The notes: generated from the sequence alone by a model not told the origin. Numbered from the stretch's first letter, positions 28,121-39,108 are shown. The stretch: 64,000 nt of DNA from Nitrosopumilus sp. (GCA_965224195.1 OZ245040.1:1920001-1984000); one strand, 5' to 3'. Numbers and translations: made by a program.

Positions 28121-28869
28121 CCTAAAAATGAATTTGAATTCTTTTCCAACATAGATGCCATATCATCAAAAGATTTACCTAGAATTTTTGAAGCACAAAA
28201 AATTACACTCGGAATAAAGCTAATTTGTCCTGATTTCATTTCAAAACATCTAGAAAATCTTACAGGTCCGTCAGTTTCAACAAGAATTTGAGATTCGCTA
28301 GTTTTTGACAATAAAGTTTGCTTGTCATTTGCATAAATCATTACAGGTCCATATGACACAAAAAATCCCATATCCATGGCTCTTTGAAGTTGTTTTTTAC
28401 TTCCATCAAACCAATGTAACAATGCATGTTTGGTATTATATGATGTCATGATTTCAAAAATATCATCAAGGCTTTTTCTTGAATGAATGGATACAGGTTT
28501 GTTGAATTTTTCAGCAAATGATAATAATGTTTCAAATACATGATTTTGTTTTACTATATCTTCATTTTTGTTAACATAAGTTGGATCCAATCCAATTTCT
28601 CCTATTCCAGAAATATGATCATGGTTATCTTCAATTAATTTGGAAATATTTTCAAGTTCTTCATTTACACATTCAGGATGAATTCCAATAAATGGTAAAA
28701 TTAAATTACTTTTTTTAGCAAGTTCTAATGTCTGTATTGAATTATCATAATTCATGGATACACAACACGCTTTAATTTTCAAAAATTCCATTTGTTTTAA
28801 GATAAATTCCATATCAGAAATATACTCTGGATCAGACAAATGTATATGAGAATCAAAATACCAAGTCAT
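28114..28869 (-). CDS. tatD: TatD family DNase
   Basis: DSHIH, GIHP, IGEIGLD, IHSR, LHWF, ETDGP. Confidence 0.93.
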   Translation of the reverse strand: MTWYFDSHIHLSDPEYISDMEFILKQMEFLKIKACCVSMNYDNSIQTLELAKKSNLILPFIGIHPECVNEELENISKLIEDNHDHISGIGEIGLDPTYVNKNEDIVKQNHVFETLLSFAEKFNKPVSIHSRKSLDDIFEIMTSYNTKHALLHWFDGSKKQLQRAMDMGFFVSYGPVMIYANDKQTLLSKTSESQILVETDGPVRFSRCFEMKSGQISFIPSVIFCASKILGKSFDDMASMLEKNSNSFLGI

Positions 28870-28965
28870 TTCTTCATCAATTATTCAAATAGTCTGTATA
28901 AATCGATTCCTTAGTGATATTTTTTCACTCATTATCTTTTTTCGGAAAAAATTAAAACTAAATTC

Positions 28966-29187
28966 ATGAAATCATCAGAATTGGGATTATCTGCAATGTA
29001 TAGAATTCTAAAAAAAGCAGGTGCAGAGAGAGTTAGCGATGAGTCTGCAGAGGAGTTGAGAAGGACAATTGAAGAAATTGCAGATGGTATTGCCAAAAGT
29101 GCAGTAGATATGGCCTCCCATGCCAGTAGAAAAACGGTAAAAGGTGAAGATGTAAAGTTGGCTTCTAAACCATTTAACAAATTCTAA
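28966..29187 (+). CDS. archaeal histone
   Basis: [13 protein letters not shown]...[15 protein letters not shown]. Confidence 0.95.
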   Translation: MKSSELGLSAMYRILKKAGAERVSDESAEELRRTIEEIADGIAKSAVDMASHASRKTVKGEDVKLASKPFNKF

Positions 29188-29226
29188 TCTAAAGAGTTTA
29201 ATTGTTCATTTTGTGTTTTTTAAAAC

Positions 29227-29298
29227 GGTACTCTGGCAGAACGGTTATGCGTGAGCCTGCAAAGCTTATACAAGGGGGTTCGACTCCCTCGGGTACCT
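29227..29298 (+). tRNA. tRNA-Cys(GCA)
   Basis: acceptor GGTACTC/GGGTACC, anticodon arm TGAGC-CTGCAAA-GCTTA, T arm GGGGG-TTCGACT-CCCTC, U73. Confidence 0.92.
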
Positions 29299-29708
29299 TA
29301 TCCTACTATGACTTGACCTTCCATCCAAGGATGAAGTGTGCAAAAATAATCATGGATGCCTTTTTCATCAAAATTAAAAGTGAATGATTCGTATGGATCT
29401 AAATGTCCACTATCAAATAGATCAGAAGGTTCACCATAAAATCCTGAAGTGACACTGTGAAATGCAGAATCTTCATTTATCCAAGTAACTTGATTTCCAG
29501 AATCAATAGTAAATACAGATGGAATATAGCATCTATCGGCCTCCTCACATCCAGGACGAGAAGATTTTGTTGACATTATGATGTCTCCAATAACAACTAT
29601 TTCATGTTCTTCAGAAATTTTTTCGATAGAAGAATCAGAAGTGGTTAAACCAATTATTATGATTACAAAAACTGCAACAATACCAATTATAATTATTTTC
29701 TTTAACAA
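29298..29708 (-). CDS. membrane-anchored blue copper (plastocyanin/azurin) protein
   Basis: N.D...HSVTSG and YFCTLHPWM copper ligands. Confidence 0.92.
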   Translation of the reverse strand: MLKKIIIIGIVAVFVIIIIGLTTSDSSIEKISEEHEIVVIGDIIMSTKSSRPGCEEADRCYIPSVFTIDSGNQVTWINEDSAFHSVTSGFYGEPSDLFDSGHLDPYESFTFNFDEKGIHDYFCTLHPWMEGQVIVG

Positions 29709-29783
29709 ATTATATCATTTCCTTTTCAAAGTTATTACATAATTACCTAATTCTCTAAATATATAGCATATTAGAAGATACAA

Positions 29784-31535
29784 TTGGCTCAAAACGGAAA
29801 TGGATTGTTAGAATACATACCTGGTTCACATACATTGTTAGTTCAAAAAAACTCCAGTCCACCTCTAGAAGGATTTGCAGAGAACATACAAGAAAGTATT
29901 CAAGAATACGCTGAAAATTCAAAAAGTGAAGTAGAAAAAGGGAATAATTTTCTTCAGTGGATTCTGACAAGGGTTTTTGAGGCTACTGAAGATGATGCTG
30001 CAGATGCTATTGTAGATGGAGCAAATGATCTTGGAATTGATGCCTATCTTCCAGTAGATTTTTCAGATAATACTATCAGATTATTCCAATCAAAATATGG
30101 AACATCACATTCTCTAGAAGCTATAGCTAAATTCAAAGAAGATGCACAAAGATTACTTGCAAAAGATGTAGTGAAAATGAGGCCTGAACTTGCCCAACTT
30201 GTTACTAAAATAAAAGAGAAAAATCTAAAAATAAAATGCTGTTATGTTACAGATCAAGATGTAGACTATTCAGATGACCTGGTAGAAATCATTGATCAAA
30301 AAATAATAATTCAAAAATTATGGGATAGAATAAAAAAGCCTGCAGCAGGAAAAAAATCATCAATAAAATTAGAAAGAATGTTAAGACATGAAAACACCAT
30401 TCTGGGAATTCTGAAGCTGCGTGAACTGACAGAATTTGTAAGTAAGAATAGAGATTATGTCTTTGAATCCAACATTAGACAATGGATGCAGTTTAAAACT
30501 ACAGTTAACAAAGGATTAAGAGAAACATTACAAAGTAATCCAGGTAAGTTTTTCTTTTACAACAATGGAATAACGATTGTAGTTAGTGATTTTTCAGAAT
30601 TAGGAGAGAATTTAATTGAATTACATGCACCTCAAATTGTTAACGGAGCACAAACGTCAAACTCTATTCTTGATCATTCAAAGAGAACAAAAAATATGGA
30701 TGGTTCAATGACTGTTACAATAATCAAAGCAAACGATGAAGAAGAACAAAATAATATTACAAAGTATAGGAATTCCCAAAATTCAGTTCGAGGAAAAGAT
30801 CTAGTTTCGTTAATGGATTTTCATAAATCAATTAAATCACAATTGAAAAGTTGTGGTTATTTTTATGAAATTCAAGCAGGTTCTTTTGATACAAAAACAA
30901 AATCAAAACAATGTGAATATGATGGAGACACAATATACAACAATTATCTTCCAGATAATCATAAAAAAGTCATTGTTGCAAAAGATGCAATTCAATCTTT
31001 AGTTGCAGGAATTGAACAAAGACCTACAGAAGCATATAGTTCACCAGCACAATTTCTTCCAAGAGGAAGTAAATACGATGACATATTCAATGATAATCTT
31101 AAAGACGATTATAGAATTTTACTATATCCATATCTTGTAAAAGAATTTGCAAAAAAGTCATTAAAATATGGAAAACAAGGTGGCCATAAAACAAAAAGAT
31201 ATGCAACATTATTTTTTGTTGCAGTGTATTTCAGAATTCTTCATAAAAAAATTCTAGAGTCAAAAGGGGATTTCAAAGGAGACATAAGAAAATTAGAACC
31301 TATTTTTCGCAGTTTCAAACTAAATTCTAGAATTTTAAAAATTACAGATGTGATAGTAACTAAATTTCTTGAAGATACAGTAGTTGATGATGAGATTGAA
31401 ATGGCAAACACTAAACATAATTTTTTCTCTCAACATGTATGGAATGATGCAATGCTTCGAGTAATTGATAAAAAAATTAGACAAGAGGAAGACGAAATTT
31501 TAGCATTAAAGAAACTTACATCTAGTTTATTTTAA
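29784..31535 (+). CDS. AIPR family protein
   Basis: DGANDLGIDA, QSKY, FESNIR, FFFYNNGITIV, QIVNGAQT, NSQN. Confidence 0.9.
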   Translation: MAQNGNGLLEYIPGSHTLLVQKNSSPPLEGFAENIQESIQEYAENSKSEVEKGNNFLQWILTRVFEATEDDAADAIVDGANDLGIDAYLPVDFSDNTIRLFQSKYGTSHSLEAIAKFKEDAQRLLAKDVVKMRPELAQLVTKIKEKNLKIKCCYVTDQDVDYSDDLVEIIDQKIIIQKLWDRIKKPAAGKKSSIKLERMLRHENTILGILKLRELTEFVSKNRDYVFESNIRQWMQFKTTVNKGLRETLQSNPGKFFFYNNGITIVVSDFSELGENLIELHAPQIVNGAQTSNSILDHSKRTKNMDGSMTVTIIKANDEEEQNNITKYRNSQNSVRGKDLVSLMDFHKSIKSQLKSCGYFYEIQAGSFDTKTKSKQCEYDGDTIYNNYLPDNHKKVIVAKDAIQSLVAGIEQRPTEAYSSPAQFLPRGSKYDDIFNDNLKDDYRILLYPYLVKEFAKKSLKYGKQGGHKTKRYATLFFVAVYFRILHKKILESKGDFKGDIRKLEPIFRSFKLNSRILKITDVIVTKFLEDTVVDDEIEMANTKHNFFSQHVWNDAMLRVIDKKIRQEEDEILALKKLTSSLF

Positions 31536-31698
31536 TTTCAAAGGTAGAAGTCTAACCAAGTAAAAATCTTGCAGGAGGTTTACATTGGCCAGACTGTCTA
31601 CCTGAATTGAGTATAAAGCAGTAATATTTAACATAATTTTTCTGACCAGGATTTATTCGAGAATGTTTTTTATATCGAGTTAAAAGAGCGTTGTTACT

Positions 31699-31866
31699 TT
31701 GGGTAAAAAAGAAAAATGTGTGATTTGCAGTGAAACAGTAGAACTTCAATTCAAAGCAATGGAAGAATGGAAAATTGACGGCACATTGTGTGGTAAATGT
31801 TATTCAAAACAACTCAATGAGTATTATCCAGGGGAACACGTTAGAGTAAACAAGCATTTAGATTAA
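31699..31866 (+). CDS. 55-aa Zn-finger protein, absent from ORF track
   Basis: MGKKEKCVICSE...WKIDGTLCGKCYSK...YYPGEHVRVN. Confidence 0.8.
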   Translation: MGKKEKCVICSETVELQFKAMEEWKIDGTLCGKCYSKQLNEYYPGEHVRVNKHLD

Positions 31867-31868
31867 TT

Positions 31869-32453
31869 TTATTCTAATTTTGAAAGTTTATTCACATTAA
31901 TACAATTCCAAACAAGTGGATCATTTTTTACATCTTTTTCTTCTAAAAATTTGATGTCAGTGATTATTTTTTTCTTTTTTAGTAAATTAACTTGAAAACT
32001 TGAAAATTTCTTACAATCACATGAATTAAACAAGCAGACATCTCCATCACCTTCATCATGATCTTGAGCTTCATGACTACAGCTGCATACTGCATCTTTC
32101 TTTACATCATCTAAAAATTTGTCAGCATACACTCCTAATCTTAGATATGCTTCACCGGCATGACCTTTTTTGAATCGTTCATAATTTTCTGATTTTGGTA
32201 ATTCTTTAAAAAAAGATAGATTCGTATCAGGTTTCTGTGAATCCGAACCCATAATGAACCAATAATTGTCATCAAGCTCTAAAAATCGAATTTTAATTGA
32301 GGGATCAACCCAAGAATAAATTGTATCATGCCAAAGAGATGCAGCTTCTTTTCGATCAGTAAATAATGGAACAACATTCATTCTCAAATCATAATATCTA
32401 TACGCAACACCTACAAAGTCATCAAACCAAGGAATAGATGATTGAGAAGACAT
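31869..32453 (-). CDS. conserved hypothetical protein with Cys/His cluster
   Basis: CSCSH...H...C....C.C motif; start MSSQSSIPWF. Confidence 0.75.
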   Translation of the reverse strand: MSSQSSIPWFDDFVGVAYRYYDLRMNVVPLFTDRKEAASLWHDTIYSWVDPSIKIRFLELDDNYWFIMGSDSQKPDTNLSFFKELPKSENYERFKKGHAGEAYLRLGVYADKFLDDVKKDAVCSCSHEAQDHDEGDGDVCLFNSCDCKKFSSFQVNLLKKKKIITDIKFLEEKDVKNDPLVWNCINVNKLSKLE

Positions 32454-32537
32454 TGCACGGAAATTATTCCAGAGCATATTTATCTGATCTGAATTAATGG
32501 TAATACCCTTATATCATAGTTTTAGAATTAATTACAT

Positions 32538-32819
32538 ATGGCTTCCTATAGAACCAGTATGCAAATTGTTGCAGATGTATTAGATGCCACTCAACAGTCT
32601 GGTCAAGAAGGCATTAAAACAACATCCTTACTTACAAAGGCAAATCTATCACATTCAAGATTATCAAAATTCTTGGAAAATTTGACCGGAGCAGGTCTAA
32701 TCAACAAAATAGGATTTGATGGCAAGAATACTTTTGTAATTACATCCAAAGGCAGACAATACTTGGACTCTTACATGAATTTCTCAAGTATTGCAGGTTC
32801 ATTTGGATTAGAACTTTAA
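32538..32819 (+). CDS. winged-HTH regulator, paralog of 16963..17250
   Basis: YRTSMQIVADVL...ANLSHSRL...ITSKGRQYL. Confidence 0.85.
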   Translation: MASYRTSMQIVADVLDATQQSGQEGIKTTSLLTKANLSHSRLSKFLENLTGAGLINKIGFDGKNTFVITSKGRQYLDSYMNFSSIAGSFGLEL

Positions 32820-32822
32820 AAT

Positions 32823-33035
32823 TTATTTTCTAGATCTTCTTTTTGCGTTAGCTGCTTGTCGTTCTTTTCTTTCTTTGTAGGTACTGTATACAAAAATAAT
32901 TATGATTCCGGCTATAGCAGCATAAAATAATGGAATAAGAGGAGGATCACGGAATTCTCCAGATGATGGTTCAACAAACGCAATTGGTATAGTTACAACC
33001 ATGAAAATCAAAATTACTAATAGATACTTATCCAC
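32823..33035 (-). CDS. small membrane protein
   Basis: two TM segments and basic tail. Confidence 0.7.
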   Translation of the reverse strand: MDKYLLVILIFMVVTIPIAFVEPSSGEFRDPPLIPLFYAAIAGIIIIFVYSTYKERKERQAANAKRRSRK

Positions 33036-33092
33036 AAATTTCTTGGTTTACAAAACCATATATCTTTTTGATTTGAAGAAATCAATAGAGAA

Positions 33093-33284
33093 ATGGTAAA
33101 ATTACTTGAAATGATAGGATTGGGCCTTGTTGCAATTATGACATTAGGTTTTGTAGGGGCATTCATACCATATGGGATACAAAATGGGACATCCGAATTA
33201 TTTTGGGGTTGTGCAGGTGCTGCACTAATGATAATCGTCTATAGAAAGATAAAAAATAAAAAAGTAGAAGAGAAAGAAAATTAG
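33093..33284 (+). CDS. small membrane protein
   Basis: two TM segments and basic tail. Confidence 0.65.
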   Translation: MVKLLEMIGLGLVAIMTLGFVGAFIPYGIQNGTSELFWGCAGAALMIIVYRKIKNKKVEEKEN

Positions 33285-33490
33285 AATATTTTAAAAATTA
33301 TCAGTAGTTAATCAATTGTAAATCAACCGACAGATCTATAAAGGACAATTCTGAGTTAATTACAAGGGGAATATTTTGGTAGATCAAACAAAACAATGGT
33401 GGGAAGGTTTAGGAAAAGAACTAGAAACAGATATTGAAACCTTCGATGAATCAGCTTAACAATTATCTAGACATTTTTAAAAATTATTAA

Positions 33491-33564
33491 AGCCTTGAAC
33501 GGGGTACGAACCCGCGACCTAACGCTTACGAGGCGTTCGCTCTACCAGGCTGAGCTACCAAGGC
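33491..33564 (-). tRNA. tRNA-Thr(CGT)
   Basis: GCCTTGGTAGCTCAGCCTGGTAGAGCG-AACGC-CTCGTAA-GCGTT-AGGTC-GCGGG-TTCGTAC-CCCGT-TCAAGGC-T. Confidence 0.95.
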
Positions 33565-33617
33565 ACGTTTTGGTAAATCCATCAGAGTTAATAAAAAGCC
33601 TTTCCGAAATGGACTAA

Positions 33618-34916
33618 ATGAAAAAAACAATTTCAGGGATTAGAGGAATATTTGGAGAAGATCTTAACCTAAAAGACGTATTAGAATTTTGTAATAATTT
33701 TTCATCATTAATAAAATCAAAAAAATGTGTCATTGGAAAAGATACCAGACCATCAGGTTCAATGGTAAAAGACTCTGCAAGTGCAGCATTGATGAAAAAT
33801 GGAATTGATGTTTTTAATTTAGAAACAGTTCCAACTCCAGTAGTTTTCAGAGAAGCAAGAAATTATGGAGCTGGGTTGGTAATTTCTTCATCACATAATC
33901 CATTAGAATGGAATGGGATGAAATTCATCATTAATGGTAGAGGAATAAATGAGCATGAACATCCACAAATCATCCAACATCAAGATATTGTAAAAACAAA
34001 AATAGGTATTGAGACTAAAATTACTACATCATACATAGAAGATGCAAAAAAAATCATAGGCGATTTGGAAAACAAGCCAAAAGTTGTAGTAGATATCGGA
34101 GGAGGGGCTGCTAAAAGTTTCGCTCCAGAATTACTAAGAGAAATTGGATGTGATGTTCAAGTAATTAATGAAAATATTTCAGGATGTTCAAGAGGGCCTG
34201 ATCCAACATCTGATAATTTATCAGAATTAATTACTACAACTAATAAAAAAGACATTGGATTTGCATTTGATCTAGATGGAGATCGATTAGTTGTTGTTAA
34301 AGATAGAAAAAAACAAACACCAGATGTTACACTGGGTTTAGGAGTAGCAAAATCATTAGAGCTAGGTTACAAAAAATTTGTACTAAGTATTGATACAAGT
34401 GTCTCAGTCGAAAAGTTCATCAAAGAAAAAGGAGGAACTGTGCAAAGATCCAAAGTAGGAGAAGCAAACGTGATAGATCTCATGCTAGAAAATAATGCAC
34501 AAGCTGGAGGTGAAGGTAGTAGTGGTGGTTTTATTTTACCAGAATTCAATTATTGTAGAGAAGGGATTCTGACAAGTGGTCTTATTGCATCTATGTTGAA
34601 TGGTTCAAAATTTAATGAGATATTAAATTACATGGAAAGTTATAATCAAATTAGAGATAAAACTAAAATTGATTCAGAATTTCATGATAAAGTTATCGAA
34701 GAAGTGAAATCAAAATTTTCAAAAGACTATTCTGAAATTATTACATTAGATGGAATCAAAGGAATTATTGATGAAAATAGTTGGGTATTAATCAGGAAAT
34801 CAAATACAGAAGACATCATTAGAGTTTCAGCAGAATCAAATAATAAAGAAAAATGTAAAGAGATAGTCAATAATGCGATAAAAATGGTAAATCAGAGTTA
34901 TGAAAAAATTAGATGA
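33618..34916 (+). CDS. phosphomannomutase/phosphoglucomutase family
   Basis: SGIRG, DTRPS, ISSSHNP, DLDGDR, VGE, GEGSSGG, RKSNTE. Confidence 0.92.
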   Translation: MKKTISGIRGIFGEDLNLKDVLEFCNNFSSLIKSKKCVIGKDTRPSGSMVKDSASAALMKNGIDVFNLETVPTPVVFREARNYGAGLVISSSHNPLEWNGMKFIINGRGINEHEHPQIIQHQDIVKTKIGIETKITTSYIEDAKKIIGDLENKPKVVVDIGGGAAKSFAPELLREIGCDVQVINENISGCSRGPDPTSDNLSELITTTNKKDIGFAFDLDGDRLVVVKDRKKQTPDVTLGLGVAKSLELGYKKFVLSIDTSVSVEKFIKEKGGTVQRSKVGEANVIDLMLENNAQAGGEGSSGGFILPEFNYCREGILTSGLIASMLNGSKFNEILNYMESYNQIRDKTKIDSEFHDKVIEEVKSKFSKDYSEIITLDGIKGIIDENSWVLIRKSNTEDIIRVSAESNNKEKCKEIVNNAIKMVNQSYEKIR

Positions 34917-35850
34917 AACATCAATAATTGAAATTTTTCAAAAAGGATTAGGTAAAAAGAAATTTGATTCAGAGGATGTAGAAGTTTTCAATTTAAGTAA
35001 AAACAAAATTGTGGCAAAAACTGACACATTAGTACAAAGTACAGATATTCCATCTAAAATGGAATTATCTGATGCTGCAAGGAAAAGTATTGTAGCATGT
35101 GTAAGTGATTTTGCCTCAAAAGGTGTCAAGCCAGCATATGGAATGATTTCAATAAATCTTCCAAATACCATTTCACGCTCAAAAATTAAGCAAATTGTTT
35201 CTGGTTTTAAAAAAGCATCCAAAGAATTCAATGTTTCAATTTTAGGAGGAGATACAAACGAAGGAAGGGAAATTGTTTTCAACGTATGTCTTTTTGGGAT
35301 TGTAGACAAAATAGTTACAAGAAAGGATTCAAAAAAAGGAGATCTGATATTTGTTACTGGTCCGTTTGGATATACAGCAGCTGGATTAGACATGATTCTT
35401 GGTAAAAAAAGAGGAAAACCAGAATTTGTGAAAAAAGCAATTAATTCAGTCATTAAACCAAAACCCAGACTCAGTTTTGGAATAAAAAATAAGAGATATT
35501 TTTCATCATCAATGGATTCCAGTGATGGGTTATCTACAACATTAAACGAAATGTCAAAGCAAAGCAAAAATAAATTCATGATAACTAAAATTCCAGCCTT
35601 AAAAGATTTGGAAAATTTTGTAAAATCCTATAAATTGAATTTAAATAATTTAGTATTCAACGGTGGAGAAGAATATGAATTTGTTTTCACTGTACCCCCA
35701 AACCATAAAAAAACTATAATAAAGAATGCAAAATCATTAAAAATTCCAATTATAGAAATAGGTTTTGTTACTTCAGGAAAAGGTGTGTATGTTGAAAATG
35801 ATGACGACTTAATTCAGTTAAAAGATAGAGGTTGGAAGCATTTCAAATAA
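34900..35850 (+). CDS. thiL: thiamine-monophosphate kinase
   Basis: SDFASKG, GGDT, MDSSDGL, GGEEYE, GWKHF. Confidence 0.92.
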   Translation: MKKLDETSIIEIFQKGLGKKKFDSEDVEVFNLSKNKIVAKTDTLVQSTDIPSKMELSDAARKSIVACVSDFASKGVKPAYGMISINLPNTISRSKIKQIVSGFKKASKEFNVSILGGDTNEGREIVFNVCLFGIVDKIVTRKDSKKGDLIFVTGPFGYTAAGLDMILGKKRGKPEFVKKAINSVIKPKPRLSFGIKNKRYFSSSMDSSDGLSTTLNEMSKQSKNKFMITKIPALKDLENFVKSYKLNLNNLVFNGGEEYEFVFTVPPNHKKTIIKNAKSLKIPIIEIGFVTSGKGVYVENDDDLIQLKDRGWKHFK

Positions 35851-36171
35851 TTATTCCCCATATGAAAAATCTCGTTCAACATTATTCATAATACTAAAAA
35901 CAGATTCTATAGATAAAACATTCACACATTCAGTGATCCACATTTCATCAAGATGCATCAAGCGCTTAAAATCATCATTAGGGAGTTCATCAGGACTAGA
36001 ATCAGGATACGTTGCATGAATTCTATATCCTTCATTAGCAATCAGTTGACAACTTTGTTCTTGAGGGGATAAACCAGAATCTCCGATCGGAATCAAAAAA
36101 TGAATTGCTACTGAAACCATTAATGCTGTTGCAACTGCCACACTAATTGCCAAGAACAAAATGGATGCCAT
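35851..36171 (-). CDS. membrane-anchored hypothetical protein
   Basis: N-terminal TM segment, paired Cys. Confidence 0.7.
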   Translation of the reverse strand: MASILFLAISVAVATALMVSVAIHFLIPIGDSGLSPQEQSCQLIANEGYRIHATYPDSSPDELPNDDFKRLMHLDEMWITECVNVLSIESVFSIMNNVERDFSYGE

Positions 36172-36287
36172 TTAATGCATCCAGAAGATAGCAGTATATG
36201 AATAGTCATTGAATATGCAATAGTACCCAAATTAAGACAAGTATAGAAAATCAATGTATTTTAAACCCTTTACGACCTGATTAGACA

Positions 36288-36812
36288 TTGTCAGAAGTAG
36301 AAGCTGAGGTTCAAGAGGCACCAGTAGAAAAGACTGAAACTGTAGCAGTAGAGACCAAAGCTGTAGAAGAAGTAGAAACTGAAGCTGTTCAAGAATCAAA
36401 ACCTCAACCAGAGACAAAAAAAGAAGGTCCTGAAAAATGGGGAATTGCCCATATTTACAGTAGTTATAATAATACAATTATTCACATGACTGACCTTACA
36501 AGTGCAGAAACAGTATCCATCAGTTCTGGTGGTGTACATGTTAATGCCGACAGATACGAATCATCACCATTTGCTGCAATGAAAGCTGCTAATGCAGTAG
36601 TTGATGCAGCAAGAACTAAAGGATTCACAGGATTTCATATTAGAGTTCGTGCTGTAGGTGGAGTCGGTTCCAGAGTTCCTGGTCCAGGTGCACAAGCTGC
36701 AATCAGAGCATTAGCAAGAGGCGGATTTAAAATTGGAAGAATTGATGATGTAACACCAATCCCTCATGATACCACCAGAAAGAAAGGTGGAAAACGAGGA
36801 AGAAGAGTCTAG
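36288..36812 (+). CDS. rps11: 30S ribosomal protein S11 with acidic N-terminal extension
   Basis: [45 protein letters not shown]. Confidence 0.97.
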   Translation: MSEVEAEVQEAPVEKTETVAVETKAVEEVETEAVQESKPQPETKKEGPEKWGIAHIYSSYNNTIIHMTDLTSAETVSISSGGVHVNADRYESSPFAAMKAANAVVDAARTKGFTGFHIRVRAVGGVGSRVPGPGAQAAIRALARGGFKIGRIDDVTPIPHDTTRKKGGKRGRRV

Positions 36813-37120
36813 TCAGATATTTTTATTTTAATATCACAACCTTTAGAAACAAAATAATCTGTCATGAATTTTACAAATTTTCCTGCTTGATCATTTGCCT
36901 GATATTTATTAATCATGTCAGAGAATTTTTCTTCTATTCCATTTTGTAAATTAGGTTTAATGGCTAATTTGAAAAATGTCCATCCAAATTTGGGTGAAGG
37001 TTCACTTAGAACATATCCATTATAACCAGACACAAGACTTTCCATATGAGATAATGCCTTTTTGATTGTTAATAGATCATCTGCATAATTTTTTGTTCCA
37101 ATTTCTAAAACAATGTTCAT
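36809..37120 (-). CDS. conserved hypothetical protein
   Basis: 103-aa ORF coupled to the PDCD5-like gene. Confidence 0.7.
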   Translation of the reverse strand: MNIVLEIGTKNYADDLLTIKKALSHMESLVSGYNGYVLSEPSPKFGWTFFKLAIKPNLQNGIEEKFSDMINKYQANDQAGKFVKFMTDYFVSKGCDIKIKISD

Positions 37121-37536
37121 TACTCATCACCATCATTAGTGGATTGATTACTAAGTTTGTCAGTTAAAGAAACAAACTTTCCATCTTGTTCTACATTGAT
37201 TTTTGTAGCCATTCTAACATTGATACCAACGGATCTAAACAATGTCAATAATTTTCCCCCATCAATACTTTCATTAATTTCACCAGTTTTAATTAATTCA
37301 GATAATTTTTTAATGATCATTTTTGTTTCATTTGGAAATTGAGATTCTGCATTTTGTAAAACTTCTAGTCCACGGAATCCAAGTATTTTGATAAGAGAGT
37401 CTCTTGGATTTTCAGGAACCTTTTCTTTTTCAGTATCAGGAATTGGTTCTGATTCTTGTTTTGTAGAGATATTTTTCTGCATTTCAGCTAACCGTTTAGC
37501 CTTTAATCGTTCTAATTCAGAATCTTCTTCGCTCAA
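37120..37536 (-). CDS. PDCD5-like dsDNA-binding protein
   Basis: DSELERLKAKRLAEMQ...LIKTGEI...IDGGKLLTLFR. Confidence 0.8.
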   Translation of the reverse strand: MSEEDSELERLKAKRLAEMQKNISTKQESEPIPDTEKEKVPENPRDSLIKILGFRGLEVLQNAESQFPNETKMIIKKLSELIKTGEINESIDGGKLLTLFRSVGINVRMATKINVEQDGKFVSLTDKLSNQSTNDGDE

Positions 37537-38981
37537 CCTTTAATCACACCAATAGGCACTAATTTTGCAACTTTTGTGGCAATTCCCAAGTTATGAGAAA
37601 CATTAACTACAGAATCAACATCTTTGTAGGCTTGAGGAGTTTCTTCGACAACTCCATTTTGAGTTAATGCTTTGAGAAATATGCCTTTGTCATTTAGAGA
37701 TTTTTTTACATCATCTTCAGTAAAATTTCTCCTAGCTTTTGAACGAGACATTATTCTTCCTGCACCATGAGCAGTAGAACCAAAACTCAAATTCATTGAA
37801 TTTGGCTGTCCAAGTAAAATCCAGCTAGCAGTACCCATAGAACCAGGAACTAAAACAGGTTGTCCCAAATCACGATATTTGAATGGGACTTCATTTCGAT
37901 TTGCAGGAAATGCTCTTGTTGCACCTTTTCTATGAACTACCAGATTACGTTCTGCTCCATCTACTTTGTGTTTTTCAACTTTAGCAATATTATGAGAAAC
38001 ATCATAAACTAATTTCATATCAAGATCAGATTCTGATTGATTAAATACACGTTGAAAAGAATTTCTCGTCCAATGAGTTAGCATTTGTCTATTACTCCAA
38101 GCAAAATTCAATGCAGAGAACATTGCTTTTCTATAAGATTCGCCTTCTTCAGAATTATTTGGCACACATGCAAGTTCTCTATCAGGTAAATGGATATTAT
38201 ATTTCTCCATAGCTTGCTCTGCCACTCTAAGATAATCACTACAAACCTGATGACCAAATCCTCTAGAGCCACAATGAATTAAAACTGTAATTGTACCTTC
38301 TTCTATTCCCATTCTCTTTGCTGCTTCTTCATCATGGATTTCTGCAACTTTTTGTACTTCTAGAAAATGATTACCAGAACCTAAACTACCAAGTTGAGGT
38401 GCACCTCTTTTTCTTGCTTTATCAGAAACTTTGTTTGGATCAGCATTTTGAATCTGTCCACTTTCTTCACAAACATCAGAGTCATCAGATGAACCATAGC
38501 CATGATCAATTGCCCAGTCTACTCCCCTTACCAAAACTTCATCAAGTTCAGAAGAAGTCAGTTTGATTGCACCTTTAGAACCAACACCCGAAGGGATAGA
38601 GCTAAAAAGATCAGTTACCAATTCTTTTAGTTTTGAACGAACCAAATCTTCAGATAAATTAGAACGAAGCAAACGCACGCCACAATTAATGTCATAACCT
38701 ACACCACCAGGACTAATCATCCCTTCTTCTGCATCCATTGCTGCAACTCCACCTACTGGAAAACCATAGCCTTCATGACCATCAGGTAAAACTACACTAT
38801 GACTAACTATACCAGGAATACAGGCCACATTTTTTGCCTGCATTATTGTTCTATCAGAGAGCATTTTTTGCATTAATGGTTCATCAGCATAGATTCTCAC
38901 AGGAACTTTCATTCCAAGATTGAAATCAGCGTCAATCTGATATTGATTTTCTCCAATTTTTCTGGGTGTACTAGAAGACAT
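37533..38981 (-). CDS. rtcB: RNA-splicing ligase RtcB
   Basis: PDGHEGYG, GYDINCG, GSGNHF, HCGSRG, HRKGA, PGSMG, AHGAGR, EETPQAYK. Confidence 0.96.
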   Translation of the reverse strand: MSSSTPRKIGENQYQIDADFNLGMKVPVRIYADEPLMQKMLSDRTIMQAKNVACIPGIVSHSVVLPDGHEGYGFPVGGVAAMDAEEGMISPGGVGYDINCGVRLLRSNLSEDLVRSKLKELVTDLFSSIPSGVGSKGAIKLTSSELDEVLVRGVDWAIDHGYGSSDDSDVCEESGQIQNADPNKVSDKARKRGAPQLGSLGSGNHFLEVQKVAEIHDEEAAKRMGIEEGTITVLIHCGSRGFGHQVCSDYLRVAEQAMEKYNIHLPDRELACVPNNSEEGESYRKAMFSALNFAWSNRQMLTHWTRNSFQRVFNQSESDLDMKLVYDVSHNIAKVEKHKVDGAERNLVVHRKGATRAFPANRNEVPFKYRDLGQPVLVPGSMGTASWILLGQPNSMNLSFGSTAHGAGRIMSRSKARRNFTEDDVKKSLNDKGIFLKALTQNGVVEETPQAYKDVDSVVNVSHNLGIATKVAKLVPIGVIKG

Positions 38982-39108
38982 GAGTATTGGTAAAAATTCC
39001 CTTCAATCCAATTTAAATCATCAGAAAATTTGTAAAATAATTTCAAATAAATCAGTCAACATGAAATTAATGATCTAATTTATCTATGATTAAATCGTTT
39101 CATTATTT

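Noticed and set aside
29227-33564. tRNA-Cys or tRNA-Thr as an integration site
   Set aside because: I saw no duplicated tRNA 3' fragment in the window, and the genes between look core-like.
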